DNA from: Perkinsus olseni
Taxonomy: Eukaryota
NCBI GenBank assembly: GCA_013115125.1
Contig: JABANN010000032.1
Span: 1 to 64,000 of the forward strand
Length of the DNA: 64,000 nucleotides
Direction of reading: 5' to 3'
The position numbers and the translations under genes were made by a program. Below are positions 1 to 12,417 of the stretch, piece after piece; the stretch's first letter is position 1, and every line of letters begins with the position of its first letter. The notes beneath the pieces were generated by a model that saw only the letters and a program-made list of their open reading frames with translations, searched no databases and was not told the DNA's origin.

Positions 1-353
1 TTTGATCGGCAGGGCGGGACGAGTCGAGTTGACGAGTTTTGGGTGGGAAGCTGCGATCGGGCCTAGGTTTGCAGTCGGCAGTCGCGCGGGAAAGTAAAAT
101 TGGCAAACAAAAAACGCTTCGCTCCGCCAAAATTTGTCTTGACAACCGATTTGCAACCGCAGAGATCAAGTCCTTAGCGGTCCTTTTCCAGCATGACAAA
201 GCGTAGTAGCACCATCTCCTCATACACAGCAGTGTCGGTGTGGTGCGGTAGCGCTTCGGATGCGTTCTGGTCGGAGAGGAAGTAGAGTTTGAGTAGCCGG
301 CGGACGTCACTCGATTAGCTATACGATAGAGGACACTGGTGTAGTTGGAAAAG

Positions 354-2788
354 ATGACCTCCCCTCACCTACCGATATTCGAGCCCCTCGTGCTCCCGGA
401 CGCAGACTCCGAAGAATGGGGCCCTCATCAGATTGGCGGATCGACATCCGTCAGCGGAATCCCTGGTAGAAACGGGCGGGAGTATCTTAAGGTTGAGCGA
501 GGAAGATACAAAATAGGTCAACTTTTGACGTTTAGGTGATCTCATCTCACTGGTCGACGGTTATCGCAATGTCCGAGTTTGCGATTTCTCGCAGCAAGGC
601 AAGCGTATCCGTGATATGCAAGCTGCCCAGGGCTACAACCGGGGCCGTGTGAGCGCCACCCCGAGCGAGGAAGAGGACAAGGGCTTCCAATTGGTGGATA
701 CCTCTTCCGCTCCTCGGAAGCATCATGTCAACAAGTACTACTACACCCCTGTCCGTCGTGCAGCAGTTCCCTCCTATCACACAGGTACAGCCAGCCTCGG
801 TGGCAAGACCATCGTAACAACCGTTACCAACAACAGCATCAGCATCAGCGCGATGGCCGGTACCAACGGGGCGGCAGACCCGGCGGTGGACGCCAGCAGA
901 GTGCCTACCAACAGGGCTGGGGTCGAGGCCAAGGCGTTGCTCGGGGCATTAAGGATTGGAGTGTCAGCCCTAACCCTGATTGGCAGGTAAGTCCGCGTTC
1001 CTTTCACTTAGTTCAATCTCACATCATGGCTCTGTCAGCTCGTTCGAGAGTTGCCGTTCACTCTCCTCGCCAAGGCTCATGTCGATCCTAAGAACGTCGC
1101 CTACGAGGATCTCGTATGGTGTGGTACTGGACTCAAGGCTTATGAGAAGACCTACGATAGGGTCTCTCCCAAACGTAGTGGCCTCATCATCGGTGAGGGT
1201 ACTCTGTTGTATGGTCTCTTTCTCCCTCAGTCACTAAGTCTTTGAAGCAGTATCTTGATATTGCCTTCTATAATGTATCCACGGGCCAAGATCCGGTCAT
1301 CGAGCAGCTGCTCACTAACCAGCCGGTTGCCAAGGGCCAGAACGTCACTGTGGCTTGCACGGACAGCGTAATGGATGCGATCAAGGGGAAGTCTCGAGAT
1401 GGCACTCGGCTCCTTCTTGTAGGTTCTCTCGGTGATGATGGCGGCCAATCGATCGGTATACTCCTGGGATCTTGTCATCACTCGGTTGGACAACACCATC
1501 CTTATCGACACGCGCGAGGGGTCTAACTTGGACATGCTCACCGTCAATGAAACCAGTGAGTTCGATCGCTCCAACGCTGCGTTCGCCCATTGTCGGTTCG
1601 TCTCAGGTAGTGAGCCTCCGGCGACTCACCCTGGTGAAGGTGAGGGCGCTAATACAGAAGCCTTCAATACCGTGTACAAGGTTGGCGAGGAGGCCACCTG
1701 CATCAACCAGAACCTCACTGTCCAGGCAAGCCACGGGCCCGCGGACCAAAAGGTGATGATTGTGCGTTATGGTTAGCTTTTGTCGTCTACTCTTCCCGAG
1801 AAGGAGAACGAGTACCCGAACCCCTTCGACCAGCGGGATGAGGACGAAGAGGAAGAGGAGGAAGACGAGGCCCTTCCGCCTAGCAATGTAGCCTACAGGT
1901 AGCCAATCACATGGCGGCTGTCGACGAGTACCTCTGCGTTGGCAGGTACCGTAAGGTGGATCTACCTCGCGTGCCTGAGGAGAGTAAGAGCCGCAACATC
2001 TCGATGATTGTCCGTACCGAGGTTGATGCTTACGTGCCGCAGCCCGAGGGACAGGAGCCTGTCTACGCCAAGATACGGGCTCTCAACGAGTAGGGTGCTG
2101 ACGGAATAGTGGGCCGACTATTGGGTCTTGATCAGGATACCGTCGACCCAACAGCAGAAGCAGCCTTGGAGGTCCTCTTTGGAGTCGCAGAAGGGCGCCG
2201 TCTTGGCCACCGAGGTGAGGGGGATCCCGCTCTGCTCTTTTTGTTGGTGGAGGCCTTGTCGTTTGTCAGGTTCACAATAACGCCTTTAAGCTTGGTCGCT
2301 GGGTGGCAAGCGCCCTACTTGCTGGCACCAACGTGTTCAAGCTCGGCTACGTTACTCGTGCCCGCATGAACGACCCCTTCCACCACTCCCTTCTCAGCGT
2401 GCAAACTTACAAGACTGAGGAGTTCGCCAAGCAAATTGGGTGGGCAAGGGAGCAGCGCCCGTGGGCTATCACTGATCGATTTTATTTCAGAATGAATACC
2501 TCGAATGCCTTCGGCATCGTACAGGCCATTGTTGACTTGGTCATGCAGTACAAGGCCCCTGGCGCTGACGACGAGGAGGAGGAGGAAGAGGAGGGTGCGT
2601 CCTTCGCCGGCAAGTTCCTGCTGCTCAAGGAACCATCTAAGAGCAAGATCAGGCTATACGCTGTAATAACCGATCAATTCCGCTTGGAGTGGTATCACCG
2701 GGTTCCTCAGGTACCGTGGGAAGAGTTTGAGGAGTCTGATGGTGAGGAAGAGATGTCCGAGTCGGAGGACGAAGAGGAAGAGGAGTAG
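354..2788 (+). CDS. EIF3D: Eukaryotic translation initiation factor 3 subunit D (multi-exon)
   Basis: Spliced exons give eIF3d motifs RSVYSWDLVITR..LIDTREGSNLDMLTVNETS, YPNPF, VRTEVDA, IRALNE, NNAFKLGRWVASALLAG..KLGYVTR and FLLLKEPSKSKIRLY, with an acidic C-tail ending at TAG 2788. Confidence 0.93.
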
Positions 2789-3061
2789 TGGCACAGACCT
2801 GCTGACCATCATCATCATCCTGACGACCATTCCGAGGACTAGACACGTGGTGGTCTACGACGATTGTCCAATAGTTTCTACTCGAGGGCTCCTATCCACG
2901 TAATGCGCTGCCTTGCGTTCGAGGTCCCTGTCAATAGGCTCTCATGCAGTTCCGGTCTGAGCTGCATGCCTAGCGCCAAACGGTTGCTCCTTTCGGCACT
3001 CTGTTTTCTAGCAGCAGCCCTTTACCTGTCGAACTTCCCCTCTTTTTGGCGGACCTCTAGG

Positions 3062-3599
3062 ATGCCCGGAATCACTCACATGGTAGCTTTTAAGCTCAAG
3101 AAGGACGCGTCTGAAGAGGCTATTCAGAGACTCATGGACTCGTGTAATACGCTCAAGGAGATATCAATCGTCAAGGATATTACGGTAATGCCGAGGAGGG
3201 TGTTGATGTTCGGAGCTGAACGGAGCGGGCCGTCTATCGTGGAGCTATCTAGTAGTTGTGTTGTTCTCCACGAGCTTAGTCTGTTCTTTTCAGGCTCATA
3301 GGGATCTTGGCTTGGATCCAGAGAGGAATCACGACATGATGTTCCTCGTTAAGTTCGACTCTATTGAGGACTACAAGGCTTACAGCACCAATCCAGTTCA
3401 TATGGAGATAATGAGGACCATCCTCTTGCCTATTCTCGAGCCCGGTAGGCCGCCTCTCCCCGCTGCATCGACCCTCTGACGATGCTCGTCATCGTCATTG
3501 GACGAGCGACTCGTGACGGCACAGCCGCAGCAGGTTCTGTATGGTGATGATGCAAAGTTGTTGTCAGGTTCCCGCACGGCGCTGCAATTCGACAACTGA
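3062..3599 (+). CDS. Dabb-family stress-responsive A/B barrel protein, copy 1 (3 exons)
   Basis: MPGITHMVAFKLK..| AHRDLGLDPERNHDMMFLVKFDSIEDYKAYSTNPVH..| GSRTALQFDN*; contains the Dabb H-x-V-x-F-K and F-x5-6-Y-x3-P-x-H patterns. Confidence 0.85.
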
Positions 3600-3767
3600 T
3601 TGGGGGCATCATCGACCTTTGTGTTTCGCGAGAATTCCGACTTTCGTTTTCGCTTGGAGAGGTGATCCTTTGGGCTCTTCCTTCCTGGTACGGCCATGAC
3701 CCCGCTTGGTCCATCTCTCCAGTTCTGAAAGTTTGGGTCGGTCGTCTAAGACGACTCGCCTTAGAGC

Positions 3768-4313
3768 ATGTCAACCGTCACTCATATGGTATCCTTCAAG
3801 CTGAGGGAGGGCGTATCGGGAGAGGCGATCAACCAGCTCACTGCCAAATGCCTGTCGATGAAGGACAGCATCCCAGTTGTTAAGGACCTTCAGGCAAGTT
3901 CACTAGCACGCGTGCCCACGGAAAAACAGGATGGAGTGTGCTTCCACAACGAAGAGGTTTTCGGTTGTTTTCGTTTTCCGTGACAGAAGCTCTGTGGTTC
4001 TCGAAAACGGGTGAGAGCGGTATCTGAGAGAAGTTGTTGAATAATGGCGATGGACTGTAGAAGTGAATTGACGTTCATAACAGGTTCACAGGGACCTAGG
4101 CTTGGACCCGGTGAGGAACCAGCATATCCTGCTCTTGGTGAGCTTCGATGACGTGGAAGGTTACGTCAAATACGCCTCCAATCTTGAGCACTTGTCAGTC
4201 GTCGAGAATTTCATCAGGCCGGCGACCGTGCCAGGTAGTAGCTAGAGGTGTCAGAATGATAGTTTTAATTGCTCAGCTCAGGCTCACGGTCAGCGATGCA
4301 GTTCAAGTGGTAG
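3768..4313 (+). CDS. Dabb-family A/B barrel protein, copy 2 (3 exons; first intron has a GC donor)
   Basis: MSTVTHMVSFKLREG..KDLQ | VHRDLGLDPVRNQHILLLVSFDDVEGYVKYASNLEHL..P | GSRSAMQFKW*. Confidence 0.85.
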
Positions 4314-5199
4314 GTTTAAGAATGTACTGTCACTTCTAAGGGCTTCAATCCCACTCAATATTCACTTCCTCTCGCAAATCTGTGCAGTGTTGGAGACTCT
4401 CCAATGGAGAGATCAGGCCCTGACATCCCATCAGCAGCTGAGCCGCTGGAACGGCTCATGTCCTTAGCATGACGGTCGGAGACTACGTCTCTCTAGCCGT
4501 GGACGACGACGATGCACTGCGTCTCCGCCTCTTATGGTCATCCTATGGTACCTAGTGAGTTCTCGTTCCGGCCATCGAACGTTGAGTGGTCGACACAAAG
4601 ATTGTCCCCTTGTGTCCGGGCACCTTGTATGGCCCGTGCAAGCCTTTTTTAGGGAGTATCGCGGGGTAACTTGGAGCTCCAGCCGAGGGCTCCAGTATTC
4701 TGGATGCTGCAGAGTTGTCGTGAGGCGCAGGTGTCTTCCTTGCTACTTGCGCAGCGGGAAAAGCATCCACCAAGCCGCCTCTAGCTTCAACTGCACATGG
4801 CAGCAGTGTCCCTATTATGACGACTCGCTGTTGATTAGTGACCTCCTGCGCTCTGCAAGCTCATCATTTATTTCTTGTAGCTTGACAGCTCGCCCCGCGC
4901 GGAGCAGAGTAGACTGGCTCTCGTCACAGTATTGATTCAACCGACGGACGTGATTCGAGATTCCGACTTGACTCACCGCGGCACTGTGCTGGCTATGATG
5001 TCTGCCCACCAATGGCTTCGACGGGGCACTCGTGGGATCTTCAAGCGCCGTGGGTTGGGGGGCTGCTATATACCGGAAGCCTATCGTTCGTTCCGGTAGT
5101 CTATTCTGTCCTTTTTGTAGTGGAACCCGAGACTAGTACCTCTCCCCATCTATCAGTTTCTAATATTAATGAACCCTCTCACTACAATCCTCCGTCCAT

Positions 5200-5994
5200 C
5201 CACAGGCGTCGCTCGACTGGCGATGGCCCGTTGCCTTGCTCGAGCGTCGTTCTCTTCCCAGTCCAGCGGTACTCAGTGGGTGAACGAGACTCTCAAGGAG
5301 GAGCCGAAGAGGTAATGCTGTTCTCCGTCACGTCTGTCTTGACGAGTTTGCCTTCAGCGCCGAGTCCCAACGCCCTGCACAGACATCCACTGGCAGCGGG
5401 GGCGGCACTTGGCTGACTCAAATGCTCAGAGAGAGCGAAGAACGCGATAAGAAGTTGGAGGAGGAGGATGCAACCGGGCAGGGGTAGGGCGGCGAAAGAA
5501 GGAGTTATAGGGTATCGGTGGAGGCTATGTGATTTGGCTGAGTCCTTGAATGTAAAGTAACCTCGGTCTTGCAGTCTAACGAGGTACTGTCAGCATGGAG
5601 GAGGTACTTGCCGTCAGTTTGCCGACGGAGCGTTGCACGATTTTGTGCGTGCATGCTGCGTGAAGTGCTCGTTGCGAGGAATCTTGAGGTTACGCTTGAG
5701 GAACTCCCCGATTTCAGGTCCACCGCTCGGTTGTCTCATCTAGAGAACTTCCAGGACATCTATCAGAAGCTCCGAAGGAAAACGCCGTACCGTACCCTGG
5801 CTGCTGCTATTCCCCTCACTTCGCCTTCCTCCTCAGAGACAGCGTCCTCGACCATGGTGACGTGGCCCGTAAAGTGTACGAGTACAGTCACAAGAGGGCG
5901 GAGCAGGAGCGAGCGGAGAAGCAGAAGAGGGCGATGGAGAGGGCCCAGGCCACGGCGAAGGAAGAGAAGAAGTGAATTATTCTCACTTTGCGAT
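5200..5994 (+). CDS. Hypothetical spliced protein with charged, coiled-coil-like C-terminus (boundaries uncertain)
   Basis: Open segments bounded by GT/AG, e.g. SNEVLSAWRRYLPSVC..QKLRRKTPY and a terminal YSHKRAEQERAEKQKRAMERAQATAKEEKK*; no family recognised. Confidence 0.35.
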
Positions 5995-6339
5995 GTTGAA
6001 TCGTCGAGATTTTCTGTTAAGATCGACATCCACCGGGGTCGCGTTGTGAGATCCACTCAGAGTTGGTTGAGTTGGTTTGATGAAATAATACCTAATTTGT
6101 GACGTTGTATTCCATAGCTGCCAGCTGTTAGCTGGGGAGACCCGTACATGGTAAGGCAGTGGCTGGTTACGCATACACCACTCGCGATCGTATTGGAGGT
6201 CGTAGTAGCACCCTGATCGCCTGGCGGCTATGCGCTGGGGACGAAGCTGCGATGAGAGAGCCTTCTTGTGACGTTCGATAAAATACCAGATTGACGGTAT
6301 AACGAGTGGTTGTTTGTTGGAGAAAGTGTGGTATCCCCA

Positions 6340-8802
6340 ATGGCCTTGTCGTCCGGTCGGACACGACTCATGGCGGCCGCCTCCTCTTCTCGAGGGAGTA
6401 TCCTAGCTGCCATCGATAATCGAGTGGTCGACGGCAAGTTCAAGCTGCTGGAGAGAAGCCTGGCCAAGGCAGTGGATCGGACGGCTATACAGCGGACGAA
6501 GCAGCTAGCGGACGCGTACCTAGACGAGTAATGCGGTGAGAGGGGAGGGGGGGGGGGGCACCGGGCTGGGTCATTCGGAGGAACGCGTCGGATTCGCGAC
6601 ATTTGATGTCCCAAATTGCTGACGAGTGGCAACGGGAGTGAATGTTAGTATGCGAGCCGTGCGGGTATTATTCAACCGCATTTGGTGGAAGAACATCGGC
6701 TGTTGTCGCGTCATTGAGGTTGAGTGGTCCCTCTGAAGCGGCCGATATGCAGTACCTTGGAAGTAGGGAGCATAACAACCTTGGTGCGGAGGCCGTCGCA
6801 CTGAGTTTCCTTAGCCACAGGCCAAAAGGGCTGCCGTAAGATTTCGTCTATCTTATGCTGATACGAGTAGCCCTCTTTAGTCACCGACTGTCGAATGAGA
6901 AAGACTCCGCTTTCTCTCTGCAGGTACGATCGGGTATGTCGGACGAATGAATCCAACAGCATCATCTGTCGGCTTATACGAAGCTCACAGGAGAGAGCGG
7001 AGGCCCTTTTCGACAGGGCGGTCACCCTCTATCAGGACCTGCTCCACCAGTACCTCTAGCGGCAGATGATCCTCCTTCATGTGGTATTTGACCTCAGGGT
7101 CATCGAGCCGGAAGGTTTGCACGCATGCGCGGTGTCGCTGCTGGAGTACCGGCGTCCGGAGTTATACCCGTACGCGGTGGGCTTCGCTCGGAAGCTGGCT
7201 CTTCATCCGGTCTGTACGGCCGAGTTTGCAACCAAGTCGCCTTTTCAAGAAAGGTAATTAGTGGAAAGGGAATCTTCCGAGTGTGGGGACTGAGCACATC
7301 TTCGTTACGGTACTAGGCCTTTGTGACGAAGTGGGGGTGGGTTGCACAGTACGGTGCCGAGTTCGAACACCAGGCCTGGCGTTCCTCCGAAAAAAAATAT
7401 AATATAGCGCCGCTCGCTTCGTTCGCTTCGCAATTCTCGGTGCTTTGCGTGCTCTCAGGGCTACTCAGTATCACTACGCCACATCGTTGGTGCTTCTGAA
7501 GCAGTCCGGTCACTGGGATCTCGCTGAGCAGGTATTTGGTCGAGCCGTTATAAGCAGCCCTTAAAAATGCTGATCATCTCAGTTTTTTGAGGAAGCGCAG
7601 AAGTACGAGTGGAATTCCGAGCGACCGATCGGCTGGACGTCGATTCTGCAAACCCCGGCGATATTCATTCCGGACCTTCGCCCTCCACAAGTATGGTGGG
7701 ACAGTCAAGAAGAACTGTCAATGGATGAGGTGGCGGGTGTGGGGATCGAACCTGGGTGCTTATAGGACCCCTTAGGTACTTCTGGAGAATCGAGCCGTTA
7801 TAGAAAGGGAACTCCGTGCCTCGATCCGCGGTGTAGGGGAGGCTTGTCAGTCGTTAGTTTTCATGAGGAGAACTTCAGGTGCGATGGACCATGCAGGATG
7901 TACAACCGATGCTGACGGACCCTGGCGGGAGGTGGCAGCAGTACCAGCTCTACACGGAGAGGGCCCCGACGGCTTTTTCTGACGTCAGTCGGTTGCACAG
8001 CAGACCGTCAACGAGGTCATTACTTTAGTCCATTTTTCCGAAAACATCGCGGAGGTTGATCAAGGCGTTGCCGGGGAGGACGCGGGCGACGAAGAGCTTT
8101 CAAGGCCTGCCCTATGTTTCGTATAACAATGAAGAGATTACCATCATACGGATGACGCCGGGTAGGGTATTTCCCAAGGTGATGGGCAGTCAGCAGAGTC
8201 CGCAGGCACCAAGGTGGTTCGACACAATGGTGGCGGCAATGCTCGATTGACCAGCATCATGGGCCTTATCGGCTGTGAAGGCGTCTGGGTGGGCTGCGGA
8301 GATGATGAGAGGGAGATCAAGCCTGGCGAGATCATCACCTTTGACGATAGTGAGGATCTCCTGGACTAGCAGCGGAATCTGTCTTTTGGCCTTCCCCGAA
8401 CCACATCAACCTCGGGCCTCCTGCAGGTGTGGATCATTGGTATCGTCATGATGGCAACGAAGAGCACTGGCACATAGTGGTGGGGACAATGCATCCGGAC
8501 CTGCTGCAAAAACCCTGGATATTTACCAAGTTCGTATGAGCTTCGGCCTCGTGATTGTAATCATGAGATCGGGGTCAGTTGTTTCAACGGTCATACGGAG
8601 TTCGAGAAGATAAGGCTTGATAAGCTGCAGGAGTACAAGAGAATGGCGGACGAGATTGGGTAGAGGAAAATACTGTATGCACGCTTTGTCGTCTCGCGTG
8701 TGCTGCAGTTACGAGTACCCCGTGAAGGGCCTCTGGGACCCCGACCTCCGCGGTATGTACCTCCCGACTCCGGGCAAGTTCGAGAGTTTGGCCAGCTCGT
8801 GA
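6340..8802 (+). CDS. Aspartyl/asparaginyl beta-hydroxylase-like 2OG-Fe(II) dioxygenase (multi-exon)
   Basis: Spliced C-terminal domain PGTKVVRHNGGGNARLTSIMGL..GEIITFDDSVDHWYRHDGNEEHWHIVVGTMHPDL matches the AspH pattern PG.H..PH.GPTN.RLR.HLGL..FDDSFEHEV..R..IVD.WHP.L; start position uncertain. Confidence 0.75.
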
Positions 8803-8899
8803 GGATGAGCATGCTCCATCAGTTGTTTCTGCAGGATGAATTCATTTGGTTGTAGGGGGGTTGAGTAGACGACTGGACTCTGACTGGGGCCAACACTGT

Positions 8900-9843
8900 A
8901 GGCGGGTTCACCAGCTTATCGTGAGGAGGTGCAGAAGGTTTTTGAGAATATTTTCGGCTGTGGTTTCCCCTGACGCTCACCTGCTTTTTTATATAGCTCG
9001 ACCGAGGAGAGCTGATACCGCTCAGCAGGAGACGCTTCGACGGAGCAACTTTTCGTTCATGTCGAGAGCTCGCTCTTCGGGGGGTGTCGTTGGATTCCCG
9101 AATCACATCCGGCGACAGCCTTCGTACCGCTTCAATGAATCGCACCAACCGTGTAGATTAGACAAGCATGTCTGACCCGTCTAGGTCTGTTAGCATCGGA
9201 ACCTTCGTGGGGGAGAGAATGATCAATTGCCGTACCACGGCAATGAATGTAGCACGGTACCTACGGTCCAGGAATGCTGAGATCTCACGGTCTAGAACAT
9301 CCCGTAGTCGACGGGTGGTGTAGAAGGCATCGCCATCAGGTAGCTTCAGGTGCACCCGGGTGTCAGACTCGTTGGTCCCTGAGTGCGGCAGCAGGTGTGT
9401 GGGCCGGGGGGGGGGGTGGATGGTCGGTAACCTTCGTGCACCATCTTCGTGCATTCCGCACCGTCCAGTTGGCATTGACTCATGAAGTAGTCATCCGGAA
9501 GACGCCGATCATGGAAGATTTTCCGCCTCTCGAAGGGGGTGATTGTGTGTGGCTGCGCCCACTATTGAATATCTTTCATCTCGCTCGCCGATAATGCATG
9601 TACCCGTCGGCGTCAGCCGGATAAGAGACACTAAATTGTGAATCTTCGTTTGCCATTATGACTCTTGCAGCTCGCGTTCGCAGTGGACTTGAGGAAAACA
9701 GCGTAGACAATTGATTATGCTTGCACGTTTACGAGGATCTTCTCTATAAAGTCGAGGAAATCGTACCCACCGGTCCTTCCTTGCAACTCACGGTAAGCGT
9801 GCTACGCTTCCTCGCTTGAGGAGCTGCTTGTCTGGAAGACATC
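8900..9843 (-). CDS. Hypothetical spliced protein (boundaries uncertain)
   Basis: Several plausible exons (GTNESDTRVHLKLPDGDAFYTTRRLRDVLDREISAFLDR; RFIEAVRRLSPDVIRES); no family recognised. Confidence 0.3.
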
Positions 9844-10364
9844 GTGAACGTACTGATGATCGCTAACTCCCATTGGGCGTCCACAGGCTGGAAACCTACG
9901 AGCTCCCCACCACCTAATATTCTAAACACTGGTACCATGTGGTTTATGTGAACCTCCGATTCATATTCAGAATCGTAGTAAATTACTATATGGTAATCGG
10001 TGTTAATCCGTGAGGCCAATCAGCGCACCATTCCTTGGGACCCACTTTCGAGCTCCCCAGGGACGAGACGAGCGTAGCGGAACTTCACCAATCGTCTAGT
10101 AACGAACTCATCACAATGATGCGCAGTGGCGCTCCCATTGGACATCTGTCGAGGTGCCGGAGCATCCCTGTCGCTGTCCCCTTGGCACACAATGGACTCG
10201 CCCTTGATACGGGAAGCCTACCGCTAAACTTAACAGCTACTGAGCAAGCTACGGATGTCGTTGTAACTGAGAGCCTCGCTAGTGCGAAGGCTTTAAGCAT
10301 GAAGGTGCTGGTGACATTACCGATAAGTTTCAATTTCAGCACTTTTTGTTGGTAAACTCCGAAC

Positions 10365-10908
10365 ATGTCGACTATCACTCATATGGTATGCTTCAAGCTG
10401 AGGGAGGGGGTATCAGAAGAAACGATCAACCAGCTCACTGCCAAATGCCTGTCGATGAAGGACAGCATCCCCGTTGTTAAGGACCTTCAGGTAGGCACTG
10501 TGGCATGCCAACGGACCCCAAAGACACCGTACAACTCTCTTCTAGCGACGGTTAGATTTTTTTCCGAAAAGCCCATGAGGGAGGCGTTGAATATCATCTA
10601 CTGGATGGGATCCATGCTGCCGACACCCCGAAAGACTGAGCGTCTTTGTGGCGAGCACGGGGCTGCATGGTTTGCCGGTAGGTTCATCGGGACCTAGGCT
10701 TGGATCCCGCGAGAAATCAGGATTTCATGCTGGTTGTGAGATTTGGTGACATCGAGGGTTATCAGAACTACGCTTCTAACCCGATTCACTTGGGCATCAT
10801 CGAGAACTTCATCAAGCCGGCAACTGTGCCAGGTAACAGCTAGAGGTGTCAGAATATTCGCAATTCCCCTCCTAAGGCTCTCGGTCGGCGATGCAGTTCA
10901 AGTGCTAA
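10365..10908 (+). CDS. Dabb-family A/B barrel protein, copy 3 (3 exons; close paralog of copy 2)
   Basis: MSTITHMVCFKLREGVSEETINQLTAKCLSMKDSIPVVKDLQ | VHRDLGLDPARNQDFMLVVRFGDIEGYQNYASNPIHL..| GSRSAMQFKC*; same intron positions as copy 2. Confidence 0.87.
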
Positions 10909-11404
10909 GTTACTCCATCGAACTAGCAGTGACTTTTCTTCAAGAGTCGGGTTGTGTTGAATGTGAAATAAGCAAACCTCCGTGCCTCGAGTTAACAAAA
11001 ACTCTTTGTCGGGGGAAGCCTCTGGCTCAGAGGTGACCGCATCACGCGGAGATTTGCCGCCCTCTTTCACTACTCTTGCCACTCCCTGTCTCCTCCTTCG
11101 TACCGCAAATCTCATACTTATCAATGCAAAATTATACAATACGGAACCGCCAAGGCGTGAGGAATTTTCCATAAAAACGCTCGACCCAAAGCAGACTTCG
11201 AGATTGAAGTTAGCATGATGACAACCCCTCAAACCAAAAGCCCTGCTCAGTAGCCCAATGGTTTACGTCCTTTGCGTTGCACCAGAAAGTTCGATACCCG
11301 CCATGGGCAACTCTGAGAACACTACACAGCGCGAGTTATTGAATCGGCATTGTGAGGAGTAGTAAAGGTACACCGGTATAATCGGCCGTTTCAAAACAAG
11401 TGTT

Positions 11405-11425
11405 CATCATCATCATCATCATCAT
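11405..11425. repeat. (CAT)n microsatellite
   Basis: About 7 CAT units read directly. Confidence 0.8.
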
Positions 11426-11559
11426 AGTGGGGCGTGCAATGTACTAGTACACCTCTAAGTTGGTCTAATCGTCACCGAGCGAAGGTCGCATCTTTGCTGT
11501 TGTACAGTGTGGCGTAGCGAATTAGTAAAGAAAAGAAATACGCAGTTTATCACGGAAGG

Positions 11560-12279
11560 TCACGGACTTGACTGAACATCCAGGAAATACTGTCGGGAGC
11601 TCTCGGGAGTCTCGAGGGCAGGGCCAGCGGTGTTGCCGAGCACCACCGCTCCACTTGGCACGATTGGGAGGTTGGGTCTCATCGCCAGAGCCTGAAGAGG
11701 AGGTTCGGATCTCACAAAGATACTCAGCTTACTGGAGGCCCCCAAAGGAAGTAGGTCATAGTGATCATGGTCGCTACGAAGGCCAAGGCAATCTTGAGGA
11801 AGAGTTGACAGCGTGCTCGGCATCGAGAGTCGCCGCTGTCATCCTCGGAAGGGTTCGACACGATACTTGGCTGGGCCAAGCGATCCTCGGCCAGTAGCTT
11901 GCGACGGAGCTCGCTGTCGGCTCTGTGGTGAGACTCGGCACCTGGGAGGGAGGAGGGTGACGAAATCGACGTAGACAACACTTTCCGCAACGGCGATGTC
12001 CGGAGGACGTAGTGATTGCTGCCCACCGAAATAACGGACGAATATTTACTCGGCAAGCCAGCATCCGTAGGCAGGGCTGCTTCGCCATAGGGTCTCCTCA
12101 ACCGGGACGCAGCGACGGCAGAAGAAGTCGAGGGCACCTGCGAAAGCCACTCGTCCGACCAAGCACGACCGAGACCTCACCTGCTGTCGCATTCTGCCGT
12201 CAGGCCGTAATGATGGGTCGATGGGGGAGGGCGGACTTGGAGACCGAGGCCGCCTTGCGGGTTGGGGTTCGCTGGACAT
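11560..12279 (-). CDS. Hypothetical single-pass membrane protein (3 exons)
   Basis: MSSEPQPARR..RQQ|VPSTSSAVAA..LFLKIALAFVATMITMTYFLWGPP|ALAMRPNLP..VQSSP*; splice phases are consistent; one hydrophobic helix. Confidence 0.55.
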
Positions 12280-12417
12280 GACGGGCCTATCGAGTACTGT
12301 CGCTATTTCCCTTCTAATTCACCAGGCAACCCCACAGCAACGACGGAGCACATAAAAATAAGCAAGACTGTTATGATACAACAATTATCCTGTGCTGCTG
12401 CCACTGCTGCAATATTA

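Noticed and set aside
7728..7760. Minus-strand GGTTCGATCCCC..CCA resembling a tRNA T-arm
   Set aside because: Lies inside a short predicted intron of the AspH-like gene; no matching acceptor, D or anticodon arms
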